NCBI GenBank assembly: GCA_965205025.1 | Contig: CBDBFU010000013.1 | Location: 224,001 to 288,000, forward strand | Direction of reading: 5' to 3' | Length of the DNA stretch: 64,000 nucleotides | DNA from: Candidatus Poribacteria bacterium | GTDB lineage: Bacteria > Poribacteria > WGA-4E > WGA-3G | Shown: one piece after another, positions 8,909-18,783 of the stretch | Layout: each line of letters opens with the position of its first letter | Position numbering within the stretch: the first letter of the stretch is position 1 | Program-made: the position numbers and the translations under genes | Notes under the pieces: generated by a model | The model's database searches: none | Told to the model about the DNA's origin: nothing | Seen by the model: only the letters and a program-made list of their open reading frames with translations

Positions 8909-9832
8909 ATGCAAGAATTTGGCACATTAAAAACGACAGACCTGCGGAAATCTTGGAAACGCGAGGATAAAGACTTTACACCATGGTTATCAAAAAACTT
9001 GAAATTGTTAAGCAAAGCGTTGGATATGGATCTTGAGTTTGTTGATGAACACATCAATGTCGGACGGTATGAATGTGATTTACTCTGTAGGAACAAGCGT
9101 GATAACTCATTTGTAGTCATTGAAAATCAGTTAGAAGAAATGGATCATGATCATCTTGGTAAAGCATTGGTTTATACGACTGGATTACATGCCGAAACAG
9201 TCATCTGGATAGCAGAAGACTTTACGAATGAACATCGAAAAACAATTGATAGGTTGAATGAAATTACCCATGATTATATCCAGTTTTTTGGTGTACAGCT
9301 TGAAGTAATTCAGATTGATGATTCCCGCATTGCCCCAAAGTTTAATGTTATCGTGAAACCGGATAACTGGATACCTCATATAATACTAAGTGATGACTAC
9401 TGGGAGAGATTTAAACACTACTTGGAACAACACAAGAGTAACCTTGAAGTACTGAAATGGACAGCAGGAAAAAATTATCTCGGTTTCTACTTGGGATATG
9501 ATGTGAATGATGGTCAGAGACCTAAATACTGGATTGCAGCAGGTAAGAGCGGTGGATTTCTCGCTGCAACTTTCTGCATTGATAAACAAAAACTTCCGGA
9601 TATCATGCAATGGTTTAAGAATAATCGTCAGGTTGTGGACCAAATATTCACTGAGAATTTTCCTGAGAAACCTAAGAGACCCAATATTCCCTTTAATGTG
9701 GTTGGAGTTACACGGAAGTTAAATAATCAGATAAAAGAGGAGCAAGAGTTTGAATGGTTTCGTGAAAAACTTGAGAACTTAGAGAAGTTATTTAAGCATG
9801 GCGGGGAGATTGATTTTTTATCAGATGAGTAA
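8909..9832 (+). CDS. DUF4268-type protein with N-terminal PD-(D/E)XK-like nuclease domain
   Basis: DLRKSWKRE..DFTPWL, DLLC...VVIENQL...DHDHLGK motifs. Confidence 0.8.
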   Translation: MQEFGTLKTTDLRKSWKREDKDFTPWLSKNLKLLSKALDMDLEFVDEHINVGRYECDLLCRNKRDNSFVVIENQLEEMDHDHLGKALVYTTGLHAETVIWIAEDFTNEHRKTIDRLNEITHDYIQFFGVQLEVIQIDDSRIAPKFNVIVKPDNWIPHIILSDDYWERFKHYLEQHKSNLEVLKWTAGKNYLGFYLGYDVNDGQRPKYWIAAGKSGGFLAATFCIDKQKLPDIMQWFKNNRQVVDQIFTENFPEKPKRPNIPFNVVGVTRKLNNQIKEEQEFEWFREKLENLEKLFKHGGEIDFLSDE

Positions 9833-10040
9833 TCACAGAAATGGGTATGTGTACATTAATATAAAGAAATCAATTGTGTCAGACTTTGTCCTGTGATACT
9901 ACACTATATACATCTTTTGTTTAGAGGTATTTAGTTTTCGACTTTTCAGGCGAATTTCGTCACAAATGTAAATGCAATAGAATTGTATCGTAGGTTTGGA
10001 TGAGAAATGAAACACAACCTAAAAGATAAACTGGAAATAC

Positions 10041-10065
10041 GGTTCGGTTAGAAACCGAACCTACC
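10041..10065 (-). repeat. GTAG-tagged REP family B (GGTAGGTKCGGTTTCYTAACCGMAC); copies about 14454-14478, 17515-17539, 50799-50824
   Basis: GTAG tetranucleotide plus GC hairpin, repeated. Confidence 0.85.
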
Positions 10066-10150
10066 GAGGGGTGGGAAAGATCTGGGATCGGAATCCCTAC
10101 AGAATGTTGGTACTATGTATTAGAAGTGTCAATTTAGGAGTCTGTGGAGA

Positions 10151-11311
10151 ATGAAGTTAAATATCGTCTTTTTCATTTTGATAGTATTATTAGGAATCAC
10201 GGTTTCAGTTGCAATTGCCCAGCAAAATGGTGATGTTCCAAAAACGGACAAGGAAGTTGAGAAACTCAAAATCCAACTTCAGACTGTGGAAAATGAGAAG
10301 ATGGAGGCAGAAACGAAACTTGCTGAGGCAAATACAAAACTCATAAATGCTGAGTTTGGCAAGTTTGAGAGGGAATTGCGAGATTCTAATAATAAATGGT
10401 TATGGGGATGGACAGGATTCTTTGTTGGGATTGTAGCGATTATTGGAATAGCTTTATGGTTTTCAGTAAAATCATTGATTGTAGATAGAGTTGAAAAGAG
10501 CCTAAACGGATTTAAGGATGCCGTTAAAAAAGTGGAAGAATTACGAGATCAATTGAGATATTTACTAAGAGAAAACGCTGTAGCTGTATTAGGAGACTTT
10601 TCTGCGGGTATTCTTGTGGAATTAGACAAGCACACTAAAGAAGTCAAAGCACTATCAAAAGAAGTACTTATGGATGTATTCAACGATAAAACACGTGATT
10701 TAAGTTACAGATGGCTTGCTGCAGAGATATTTGTTGCAAGGGAATACACTGATCTTGTTGCACCAGTACTAAACTTCCTAAAGGATATTATAAAATCAAA
10801 TGATTTTGATAGAATTTATATCTTTCCTTATGATCCCCAGTATCACATACGTAGTTTGGTATACCCAATTGGAAAAATACATACACAGGACACTTACAAA
10901 AACTTAAGAAATTTCATAATTTTTCTTCAAAATGAGAATCCAAAAAATAAAGATTCATGGATTGCATGGACTGCACATTCATTCGCTTCGGTTAGTGTGG
11001 CATTGAATAAAACAGATTCAACGGTTATCCTTATAGAGTCTATACCAGATTGGGATTTTTCTACACAAGTTCCTATACAAGAAAAGGAAGCCTTAACAGA
11101 TCTGATCTATAACTTCAATTCATTGCATGTTCCTAATGGAATAAAAGCAATATTAACAAATAGTTTAACAGATAACATGCCCGATGTAGAAGAAAAATGT
11201 TTAGAGTTATTGCAAGAACACGACCCAAAATTTGTAAGAGAATGGAAAGAGGAGAAAAAAGAAACTAACGAGGAAAATGAGGAGAATAATGAATCAGAAC
11301 CAACAACTTGA
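10151..11311 (+). CDS. Membrane protein (signal/TM, coiled coil, TM, helical domain)
   Basis: Long ORF, GGAG RBS, hydrophobic segments; overlaps the res start. Confidence 0.8.
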   Translation: MKLNIVFFILIVLLGITVSVAIAQQNGDVPKTDKEVEKLKIQLQTVENEKMEAETKLAEANTKLINAEFGKFERELRDSNNKWLWGWTGFFVGIVAIIGIALWFSVKSLIVDRVEKSLNGFKDAVKKVEELRDQLRYLLRENAVAVLGDFSAGILVELDKHTKEVKALSKEVLMDVFNDKTRDLSYRWLAAEIFVAREYTDLVAPVLNFLKDIIKSNDFDRIYIFPYDPQYHIRSLVYPIGKIHTQDTYKNLRNFIIFLQNENPKNKDSWIAWTAHSFASVSVALNKTDSTVILIESIPDWDFSTQVPIQEKEALTDLIYNFNSLHVPNGIKAILTNSLTDNMPDVEEKCLELLQEHDPKFVREWKEEKKETNEENEENNESEPTT

Positions 11312-14264
11312 TATCCCAATTCAACCAGTAGAACAACCTATCTTATGCAGTCCGTATGAAGAACCAGTAGAACACTGGAGATATGACACTGAAAATGGGG
11401 AAGCCGTTAAACACCCCGGAAGACGTGAAGCGGGGTATTGGTATAAAACAGAACGTACCGGTAGTGCTCAACTCGGTCTTTTTCAGGAAGAGGAACGTGA
11501 CGATCTACCGATTGTAAACGAACTACGTGCAGATGTAAAACGATGGCGCGAGACGAATTATCGTAACGCCACAAATGTCACCCGTGAATTACTTAGACAT
11601 TGGTCACGCGATGATCTTTTACGCCGTCTCTTTTTCTGTCAACGCGAAGCAGTTGAAACTATCATATACCTCGTTGAGATACGTCAAGGTGGGAAACGCC
11701 TCGGTTTTAATCCGACTTTTACCGATGAGAAATTGGCGAAGTTAGTGGATACACCGAATGATCCCGGTCTTTCGGAGCTGATACGTTACGGGTGTAAAAT
11801 GGCAACCGGTAGTGGTAAGACTGTTGTTATGGCAATGTTAATCGCTTGGGCATTTTGCAACCGTGGTAGATTTCCTTCTGATGACAGATTTCCACACGCA
11901 GCACTTATCGTTTGTCCGAACTTGACAATCAAAAAACGGTTACAGGTATTACGTCCAGATGAAACTGATAATTACTACGACGAATTTGAACTTATCCCAA
12001 CGAAACTACGTCCCTTGCTAAACAGTGGTAAGGTGTTGATAAACAATTGGCATCAATTTTCACTTGAGTCTGAACATAGTGAAGGCGGACAATCTTATAC
12101 GGTTGTGAACAAAGGCGAGGAAACGCCGGATGCTTTTGCAAAACGTGTCTTGGGTGAACTGTACGACCGTGCACCAATTATGGTGTTGAATGACGAGGGA
12201 CATCACGCCTATCGTCCTGCACCGACGGATGAAAAACTTTCCGCTGAGGAGAAGAAGGAACGTCAAGAAGCCACGGTGTGGGTAAGTGGATTGGATAGGT
12301 TCAATCAGTCGTGTGGTGTTAAGTTCTGTGTGGATCTCTCTGCCACACCGTTTTACATTCAAGGGAGTGGATATGCAGAAGGTACACCGTTCCCTTGGCT
12401 TGTGAGTGATTTCGGTTTAGTAGATGCAATTGAAAGTGGTATCACAAAAATTCCGCGTTTACCTACGAGTGATACGACGGGTAGACCGGAACCGAAGTAT
12501 TTTCGGTTGTGGAAAGCGATTAACGATGAAATTCTACCTGCGGAACGATTACGAAATAAGAAACCTAAACCGGAAGCAGTATACCGAGTAGCTGAGGACG
12601 CACTTAACACGATTGCGAGTCAATGGAAAGAACGGTTTGATTATATTCAGGAGGCATCGGACGAACAGGATAAAACGCCGCCAGTACTTATCATCGTTTG
12701 TGATAACACGGATATTGCAGAGCATTTCTACCGTATGATTTCAGGTGAACGAGAGGTAGAAGTGCTTGATGAAAAACGCAAGGTCAAGACACAGATAGAA
12801 TTTGAACAGGGGAAGGTCTTTCCCAATTTGCTTGGGAATACACACAGTGTTACGCATACAATACGAATTGATAGTAAAGTATTGGATGAGGTGGATAGTG
12901 ATGATCCAACCAAGAGTCGTAGTCAAGCAGAAGAGGATCTCCGTGAAGTCGTTGCCACAATAGGGAAAAAAGGAAAACCGGGAGCGAATATACGATGTGT
13001 GGTATCTGTGGCAATGCTTAACGAGGGATGGGATGCTAATAACGTCACACATATTCTGGGTATACGTGCTTTTACCAGTCAATTGCTTTGTGAACAGGTC
13101 GTCGGAAGGGCATTACGTCGAATGAATTACACACCAGATCCTGAAACGCAAAAACTCACAGAGGAATACGCTGATGTGTATGGTATTCCGTTTTCTGTAA
13201 TTCCTTTCAAGGGTAGGGCAACTAAGAAACCTGAAGAGGGTGACAGACCTGTTAACCACGTGCGTGCATTACCCGCACGGTCAGTTTATGAGATACGGTT
13301 TCCAATTGTAGAGGGATATGCTTTTGCTTTACGGAAGTACGAGATAAAGGCTGATATTGAATCTATGGATGTGTTGCGTCTTGAACCTGAATACACCCCA
13401 ACCGCTGTTTTTCTTGAAGCGACTACGGGATATCAGATTGGAGAAATTTCGGGGGCACGTCCAGGTGGGTTTGTTAGACAGGATCGAGAACAATTCTATC
13501 GGCAAACACACTTACAAACGATTAAGTTTGAAATTGCACAACGGATTGTCTATAGATTGGTTGGTGATAAGAATAGTGCGCCAGATCCAAATAGCAACCC
13601 GGAACTCCGTCTGATCTCTCGGCACAGGTTATTTCCACAGGTATTCAGGTATGTTGATGCCTATATTGAGAATAAGGTTGATTTTCGCGGTTGTAATCCG
13701 TGTGAACTCGGACTTGAGAAGTATGTTATGTGGATCGTTGATCGTCTGATGACAGCAATTCTGCCCGATAATTCAGAAGGTGAAGTGCCGTTGCTTCCGA
13801 TTTTAGATCGGTATAAACCTGTCGGTACATCGGCAGATGTTGATTTCTTTACAACACGTCCATGTCATGGGGCATACCGTAGTCATGTAAATCAAGTTGT
13901 GTTGGATACAGCAACATGGGAACAATCTGCATGTTTCTACTTGGAAGCATCGGAGGTCGTGAAATACTATGTACGGAATGATCATCTCGGTTTGAGTATA
14001 CCGTATGAAAACCTTGGAATTACCCATAATTATGAACCTGATTTTATTGTTAGACTTATAGATAATACCAACGTACTTTTGGAAACGAAAGGGTTTAAAA
14101 GACAATTAGAATCATTGAAAAGTGAGGCTGCGAGGAGATGGGTTGCTGCAGTGAATAATTGGAATCGTGAACGGCTTGGAGAACTGGAGCAACAGGGGAA
14201 GTGGGTGTTTCATGTATGTGATGATCCACAATTGTTAGAAGAGGAATTGGAAGGGTTGGTGTAG
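11289..14264 (+). CDS. res: Type III-like restriction endonuclease Res (SF2 helicase + PD-(D/E)XK nuclease)
   Basis: KMATGSGKT, LNDEGHH, EQVVGRALRR, C-terminal YEPDFIV...LLETKG; GAGGAG RBS favours ATG11289. Confidence 0.9.
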   Translation: MNQNQQLDIPIQPVEQPILCSPYEEPVEHWRYDTENGEAVKHPGRREAGYWYKTERTGSAQLGLFQEEERDDLPIVNELRADVKRWRETNYRNATNVTRELLRHWSRDDLLRRLFFCQREAVETIIYLVEIRQGGKRLGFNPTFTDEKLAKLVDTPNDPGLSELIRYGCKMATGSGKTVVMAMLIAWAFCNRGRFPSDDRFPHAALIVCPNLTIKKRLQVLRPDETDNYYDEFELIPTKLRPLLNSGKVLINNWHQFSLESEHSEGGQSYTVVNKGEETPDAFAKRVLGELYDRAPIMVLNDEGHHAYRPAPTDEKLSAEEKKERQEATVWVSGLDRFNQSCGVKFCVDLSATPFYIQGSGYAEGTPFPWLVSDFGLVDAIESGITKIPRLPTSDTTGRPEPKYFRLWKAINDEILPAERLRNKKPKPEAVYRVAEDALNTIASQWKERFDYIQEASDEQDKTPPVLIIVCDNTDIAEHFYRMISGEREVEVLDEKRKVKTQIEFEQGKVFPNLLGNTHSVTHTIRIDSKVLDEVDSDDPTKSRSQAEEDLREVVATIGKKGKPGANIRCVVSVAMLNEGWDANNVTHILGIRAFTSQLLCEQVVGRALRRMNYTPDPETQKLTEEYADVYGIPFSVIPFKGRATKKPEEGDRPVNHVRALPARSVYEIRFPIVEGYAFALRKYEIKADIESMDVLRLEPEYTPTAVFLEATTGYQIGEISGARPGGFVRQDREQFYRQTHLQTIKFEIAQRIVYRLVGDKNSAPDPNSNPELRLISRHRLFPQVFRYVDAYIENKVDFRGCNPCELGLEKYVMWIVDRLMTAILPDNSEGEVPLLPILDRYKPVGTSADVDFFTTRPCHGAYRSHVNQVVLDTATWEQSACFYLEASEVVKYYVRNDHLGLSIPYENLGITHNYEPDFIVRLIDNTNVLLETKGFKRQLESLKSEAARRWVAAVNNWNRERLGELEQQGKWVFHVCDDPQLLEEELEGLV

Positions 14265-14390
14265 TGTGGGATCAATGCCGAATAGGTGTATGGGTAGGAT
14301 TCTGTGATGTAGACAAGAAAGAACACAGCACACAAGAAACGATCATTCAGCGAAAAACTCTTATCCGCGTAATCCGTGATTCTGACAATA

Positions 14391-14513
14391 TAACGTGAGT
14401 TTGATAATAGATAAATAATCTTCATTTTTCCAAAATATCACTCCTATAGACCCGGTAGGTGCGGTTTCCTAACCGCACTGAACATAAATATTTGAATAAT
14501 CAAACTCACGTTA
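14391..14513. mobile_element. MITE-like shell TAACGTGAGTTTGAT...ATCAAACTCACGTTA carrying REP family B
   Basis: 15-bp perfect terminal inverted repeat; similar ends at 45817-45962; solo end near 17362. Confidence 0.75.
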
Positions 14514-14580
14514 TGATACCTTTCATATAAAATAATCATAAATATTGAGTTTAGTTAATACAACATTCACAATAGTTAAT

Positions 14581-14664
14581 TTCACGGAGAATTGACTACC
14601 TAAAATCTGTGAACCCTTACCACCACTACATTCTTAAAAAACCTTCGTGAAGGTTTCCGTGAAA
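14581..14664 (+). repeat. About 84-bp TTCACGGAGAATTG...CGTGAAGGTTTCCGTGAAA element; second copy about 62601-62684
   Basis: Conserved ends and spacing, divergent middle. Confidence 0.7.
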
Positions 14665-15219
14665 CGTACTATCAAAATTTCACCCAAATTCAGGGATTTT
14701 TTAACAGGATTATACCTCTTTACTATATATCATATTACACCAATTCTAATATATAATATGTCATTACATAAATATTATGGAATTGAATATTATTGGAAAC
14801 TATCTTCTGTAGGAGCGACCTCCCGGTCGCGACATGGAGATTGACCCTGCAGAATCTCCACCATCAATGCGACAGTATATTTTAGAAATGGTATAAGGAC
14901 TATGATCTGGTAATGTCAACATACTAAGTAAAATGGTATTATAATGACCATTTGACATCAAAGTTAGATCGGAATCCCCTCCTACAAAGAGCATACGGAA
15001 GATTCAGTGTGTTCGCGTGTAGAATTTGGTTACTAAAAATTATTTAGCACAACTCGTTATCATAATATAAAGAAAAGCCTGGGAGGGGAATAGTTTGCCA
15101 ATCGGATGTTGTGTTTCATTGATGTAGTCTTGCCATGACTGTTAAGCCCAGAGTCGGAAAATATAGAAAATAAAGGCAGATACCACAAGGATACCTGCCT
15201 ATAAGTTCTGTAGAATCAT

Positions 15220-16248
15220 TTACTTACTGTATTGTTGTTTTAGCGTACTCCACGTTACTGTTTTTTTGCCGACCGGTGAAACCGACAACACATCGTCACT
15301 TATCCAATCCAGCGAATCATCTCTTCCCGGATGGTCTGTTAGGCGTGTAATCTCTCCCGTTCGTATGCCATACTTATAGATATTGCTGGGTGGGTACTGA
15401 TCGCGAAATGGTGGTGGTTCGTTCAGAGGTATCCCAACATACGCACTAAAAACAACCGATTTTCCATCATCCATCCAGTCAATTGTTAATGAGAACCAAT
15501 CTTTGGGTATCCGTAGTTGTTTGATGTTTTCTCCGTTCCGGTCACAAATCAGATACCGATGTGCCTTGTAGATAATTGCTACACCTAATCCGGGGATCCG
15601 CTCCCAGACATATTGGCTATGGAGATAGACGATCTGTTTTCCATCAGGTGACCAGCGTGGGGCTCGGATACTTCCCAGGATCGGAGGAGGCAGGAGTTTT
15701 CGTGGATTATGTCCATCTGCGTCCATTATCCAAAGCGTTCCACCCACTCCATTAATAACCCCAGGTTCTGTGTACACAATCTGTTTTCCATCTGGGGACC
15801 AATCACAATATGTTGCCTGGACATCCGCAATCTTTTTTAGCACTCCGGTTTCAATATCCAGCACGTTGACTGTCTTTATCTCTTTGTCGTTTTTTTCCAC
15901 TCTCATGTTAAAAACGAGAGATTTGCTATCCGGGGCAAATGACATCCTACCGATAGGGATTCTCGGGGTGTTAAGTTTCCGGATGTTTGTGCCATCTGGA
16001 TGCATCAAGTATTCACCCCACTTACCCTCAAATGCAATCTGTTTTCCATCTGGGGACCAGGAAGAGGGGTGTGGGAACGTCCGGTCCCCCTCTTCTATAA
16101 GAAGCGTCTGATTGCTGCCGTCATCATCCATCACGTAAACACCTTTCACACCGTCGCGTCTGGAACTAAAAACTATTTTAGCATCTGCCACTACTCCGAA
16201 AAGTAGAAGCATTAGCAGACAAAGCAAACTGACTTTTTGCCCATTCAT
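15220..16248 (-). CDS. Secreted TolB-like/PD40 beta-propeller protein
   Basis: Signal peptide, repeated WSPDGKQI motifs, C-terminal VSPVGKKTVTWSTLK motif. Confidence 0.85.
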   Translation of the reverse strand: MNGQKVSLLCLLMLLLFGVVADAKIVFSSRRDGVKGVYVMDDDGSNQTLLIEEGDRTFPHPSSWSPDGKQIAFEGKWGEYLMHPDGTNIRKLNTPRIPIGRMSFAPDSKSLVFNMRVEKNDKEIKTVNVLDIETGVLKKIADVQATYCDWSPDGKQIVYTEPGVINGVGGTLWIMDADGHNPRKLLPPPILGSIRAPRWSPDGKQIVYLHSQYVWERIPGLGVAIIYKAHRYLICDRNGENIKQLRIPKDWFSLTIDWMDDGKSVVFSAYVGIPLNEPPPFRDQYPPSNIYKYGIRTGEITRLTDHPGRDDSLDWISDDVLSVSPVGKKTVTWSTLKQQYSK

Positions 16249-16298
16249 GACTACTCTCCTTAAGGTACGGCAGGGGAGGTTCCCCCGCCGTCTATGGA

Positions 16299-17105
16299 TT
16301 ATCGAACATCGTCTTCACCAAAAGTATTTGTAGATGTCGCTAACCAATCGTCTTTCTTTCCACCATAATAGACTTCGATCCGAATATATGCTTCACAAGT
16401 CCACGCGTTATTATCTCCGAGTTCCCCAGGGAAGAATCTTAACTCCACATCACTATCACTGGTACCATAGCCGTAACTCTCACCCAGTGAAAAGAATCCG
16501 ACCGGGAATATATATTCTAAGTCATCTCCTCTCTCTTTGGCGTCATGTCTGCACTTGCCTTCCCCACGCGCATCACCACCGATACCGTTATAAGCGTTGG
16601 TATACCCGTCCATGATAATAGCCGTTCCGTCATAATAGTGAGCGGTCAGTTGTGAGTAGCCATAAATACCTGTCTTTTTGTATGGGATAGAATCATACTC
16701 AGGTTTATAGACGTTGAGCGTGCTGGTAGCATCGTCATCAGAGGAGTCCACAAATGACACAACTGCCCTTACTTCGTATTCTGCAATTTTTATGTGACCA
16801 TCGAAAGAACTTAGGCCTACATACACAGAAGAACTATTGCCGTGCATACTGGTAAATAAATATTCATGGTCATTATCTTCTTTATCTTCTTCATCTATTG
16901 GATAAGTCTGTTTAGCATACCAGTCAATAAAGAGTATATCTTCATCCGCTGACACATACGCTGAGGTGGTCGCACCATCACCCCAATCATGATTTGCATA
17001 GACAGAAAACGACGTGACAGAAGCCGCATTACTATGATTAACAAAACTGAGTAAAACAAATACAGTGAGTATTGCTGTGATTGAAAGGGCCTTATATCTA
17101 AACAT
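16299..17105 (-). CDS. Secreted hypothetical protein
   Basis: AAGGAG RBS, signal peptide ending SNA, acidic mature part. Confidence 0.75.
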   Translation of the reverse strand: MFRYKALSITAILTVFVLLSFVNHSNAASVTSFSVYANHDWGDGATTSAYVSADEDILFIDWYAKQTYPIDEEDKEDNDHEYLFTSMHGNSSSVYVGLSSFDGHIKIAEYEVRAVVSFVDSSDDDATSTLNVYKPEYDSIPYKKTGIYGYSQLTAHYYDGTAIIMDGYTNAYNGIGGDARGEGKCRHDAKERGDDLEYIFPVGFFSLGESYGYGTSDSDVELRFFPGELGDNNAWTCEAYIRIEVYYGGKKDDWLATSTNTFGEDDVR

Positions 17106-17470
17106 TTATTTTCTCCTTCTTATTTTGATCGTATATGATTAATCATTGTTTCCGTAAATTCGGTTTAGCAGTGCCGATAAATTTCCTATCGTTTCTAAAA
17201 TCGCGACACCTTGTTTGTAGTGAGTTGTCATAGTCATGATTTTCCCTTTGTTAATATATATATACATTTCATCTGAAATTGTTTAGTTTTTTTTAATGCA
17301 GCGAGTAATATCTAAAAATCGTTGAAAGTTACACGAAAGTCAATCATAGAATATGCTAAATAAACGTGAGTTTGATAACTCAGGTTTTTATATTCGTCGA
17401 ATCAACGGTATGAATGGGCGTATGACATTCCCCGTGGTACAAACCGCGGAATCAACGGTATGAATGCCAT

Positions 17471-17585
17471 ATGAAGATTAATTTTTAAATTCGGTAATTT
17501 TGGAGAAATATGCAGTGCGGTTGGGAAACCGCACCTACCAGGTTTGGGGAAATTAGAATTACCGAAATATTTTCTTAATCTTCAT
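17471..17585. mobile_element. MITE-like element ATGAAGATTAA...TTAATCTTCAT inserted in a hairpin loop, carrying REP B; larger copy 50691-51039
   Basis: Roughly 28-bp imperfect TIRs; host GAATGCCAT^TAGGCATTC is restored on removal. Confidence 0.75.
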
Positions 17586-17669
17586 TAGGCATTCACCGCC
17601 TACCGAGGGGTGGAACAGGATTTTGAAGGATCGGGAATCGGAGTTCCCTCCTAAAACTATTAAATTATC

Positions 17670-17698
17670 TTGACAAACAGGGATGTTTGTATTATACT
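17670..17698 (+). promoter_or_regulatory. Sigma70 promoter of the tRNA pair
   Basis: TTGACA-17 nt-TATACT. Confidence 0.8.
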
Positions 17699-17738
17699 TA
17701 ATACTGTCCTTGAGATGAGACAATCAAAATCTCATTTT

Positions 17739-17812
17739 GGGCGGGTAGCTCAGGTGGCTAGAGCGACAGCTTTACACGCTGTAGGTCACAGGTTCAAGTC
17801 CTGTCCCGCCTA
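17739..17812 (+). tRNA. tRNA-Val(TAC)
   Basis: GGGCGGG/CCCGCCT acceptor, ACAGC-TTTACAC-GCTGT anticodon arm, GGTTCAAGTCC T arm. Confidence 0.95.
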
Positions 17813-17831
17813 CTTGTTAGAGGTCTCTTAT

Positions 17832-17906
17832 GGACTCGTGGCGCAGTTGGTTTAGCGCGCCTGCCTGTCACGCAGGAGGTCGCGGGTTCAAGTCCCGTCG
17901 GGTCCG
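17832..17906 (+). tRNA. tRNA-Asp(GTC)
   Basis: GGACTCG/CGGGTCC acceptor, CCTGC-CTGTCAC-GCAGG anticodon arm, GGTTCAAGTCC. Confidence 0.95.
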
Positions 17907-17919
17907 TTTAATATATAAT

Positions 17920-17964
17920 GAAATAGCCACAGGTTGTGTTTACAACTCTGTGGCTATTTCGTTT
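17920..17964 (+). terminator. Intrinsic terminator after tRNAs
   Basis: GAAATAGCCACAG...CTGTGGCTATTTC stem followed by GTTT. Confidence 0.75.
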
Positions 17965-18005
17965 AGGTATGCCATCTATACTAAATTACAATCGGGAAGA
18001 ATCAA

Positions 18006-18677
18006 ATGAACGTATACGATGAGATTATCCAACATAATCCAAATTCTGCCGAAGTATATTTCAATCGTGGACTCGAAAGACGTCAAGATCCCATAGCGAT
18101 TGGAGACTTCAACAAAGCAATTCGGCTTAACCCTGAATTAGCAGAAGCCTATTTTTATCGAGGTTGTTTGAAGGACTACTATGCACTTCGGAAACCTGAA
18201 CTTGTGGAACAACATGAGAGTCTACGTTCCGCAGTGGCAGATTTTGATGATGCCATACGATTAAATCTCAACCCCAACCTACTCGCTCACGCTTATTATA
18301 GACGTGGAGAAGCAATGTACAATCTGGACAGGTATGAAGAGGCTATGCATGATTTTAATGAAGCGTTAAAACTTGATCCAGAGAATTCTGATATACGTTC
18401 TTCACTTGATGAAGCAGAAGGAATATTAGATTTCTACAATACAGGAATTACGCAGTTTGATAAGACGATACGGCTGAATCCTAATGATCTGAGAACCTAT
18501 AAGATACGAGGTGAAACTAAGGGATTCTTAGGACGTTTGAAGGAAGCTAAAGCGGATTTTGAGAAAATCTTGGAACTTACATCAGACAATCAACTAAGAA
18601 CAGAGATAGAAAGACATTTATCAGAATTGCATAATCCTAACTATTGGCAACAGTATAGTTGGCGTTCAGGTAATTAA
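18006..18677 (+). CDS. Tetratricopeptide repeat protein
   Basis: Repeated AEAYFYRG...DFNKAIRLNP TPR units. Confidence 0.9.
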   Translation: MNVYDEIIQHNPNSAEVYFNRGLERRQDPIAIGDFNKAIRLNPELAEAYFYRGCLKDYYALRKPELVEQHESLRSAVADFDDAIRLNLNPNLLAHAYYRRGEAMYNLDRYEEAMHDFNEALKLDPENSDIRSSLDEAEGILDFYNTGITQFDKTIRLNPNDLRTYKIRGETKGFLGRLKEAKADFEKILELTSDNQLRTEIERHLSELHNPNYWQQYSWRSGN

Positions 18678-18783
18678 CTGAAGAAGTCATGACATATCCT
18701 AAGATCCTTGTCGTAAGTTGTTGTATTAACCCAAATAGTTGTATTTTATTGTATAACCCAAAAGATTGAGGAGCAGAAACGCA

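Noticed and set aside
3969-11288. Integron cassette array
   Set aside because: No IntI; repeats lack the attC RYYYAAC...GTTRRRY architecture and genes are in mixed orientation
17670-17855. 61-aa ORF
   Set aside because: Overlaps the tRNA promoter and tRNA-Val
17739-17906. tRNA as integration site for the left island
   Set aside because: No duplicated tRNA 3' end and no integrase seen in the window
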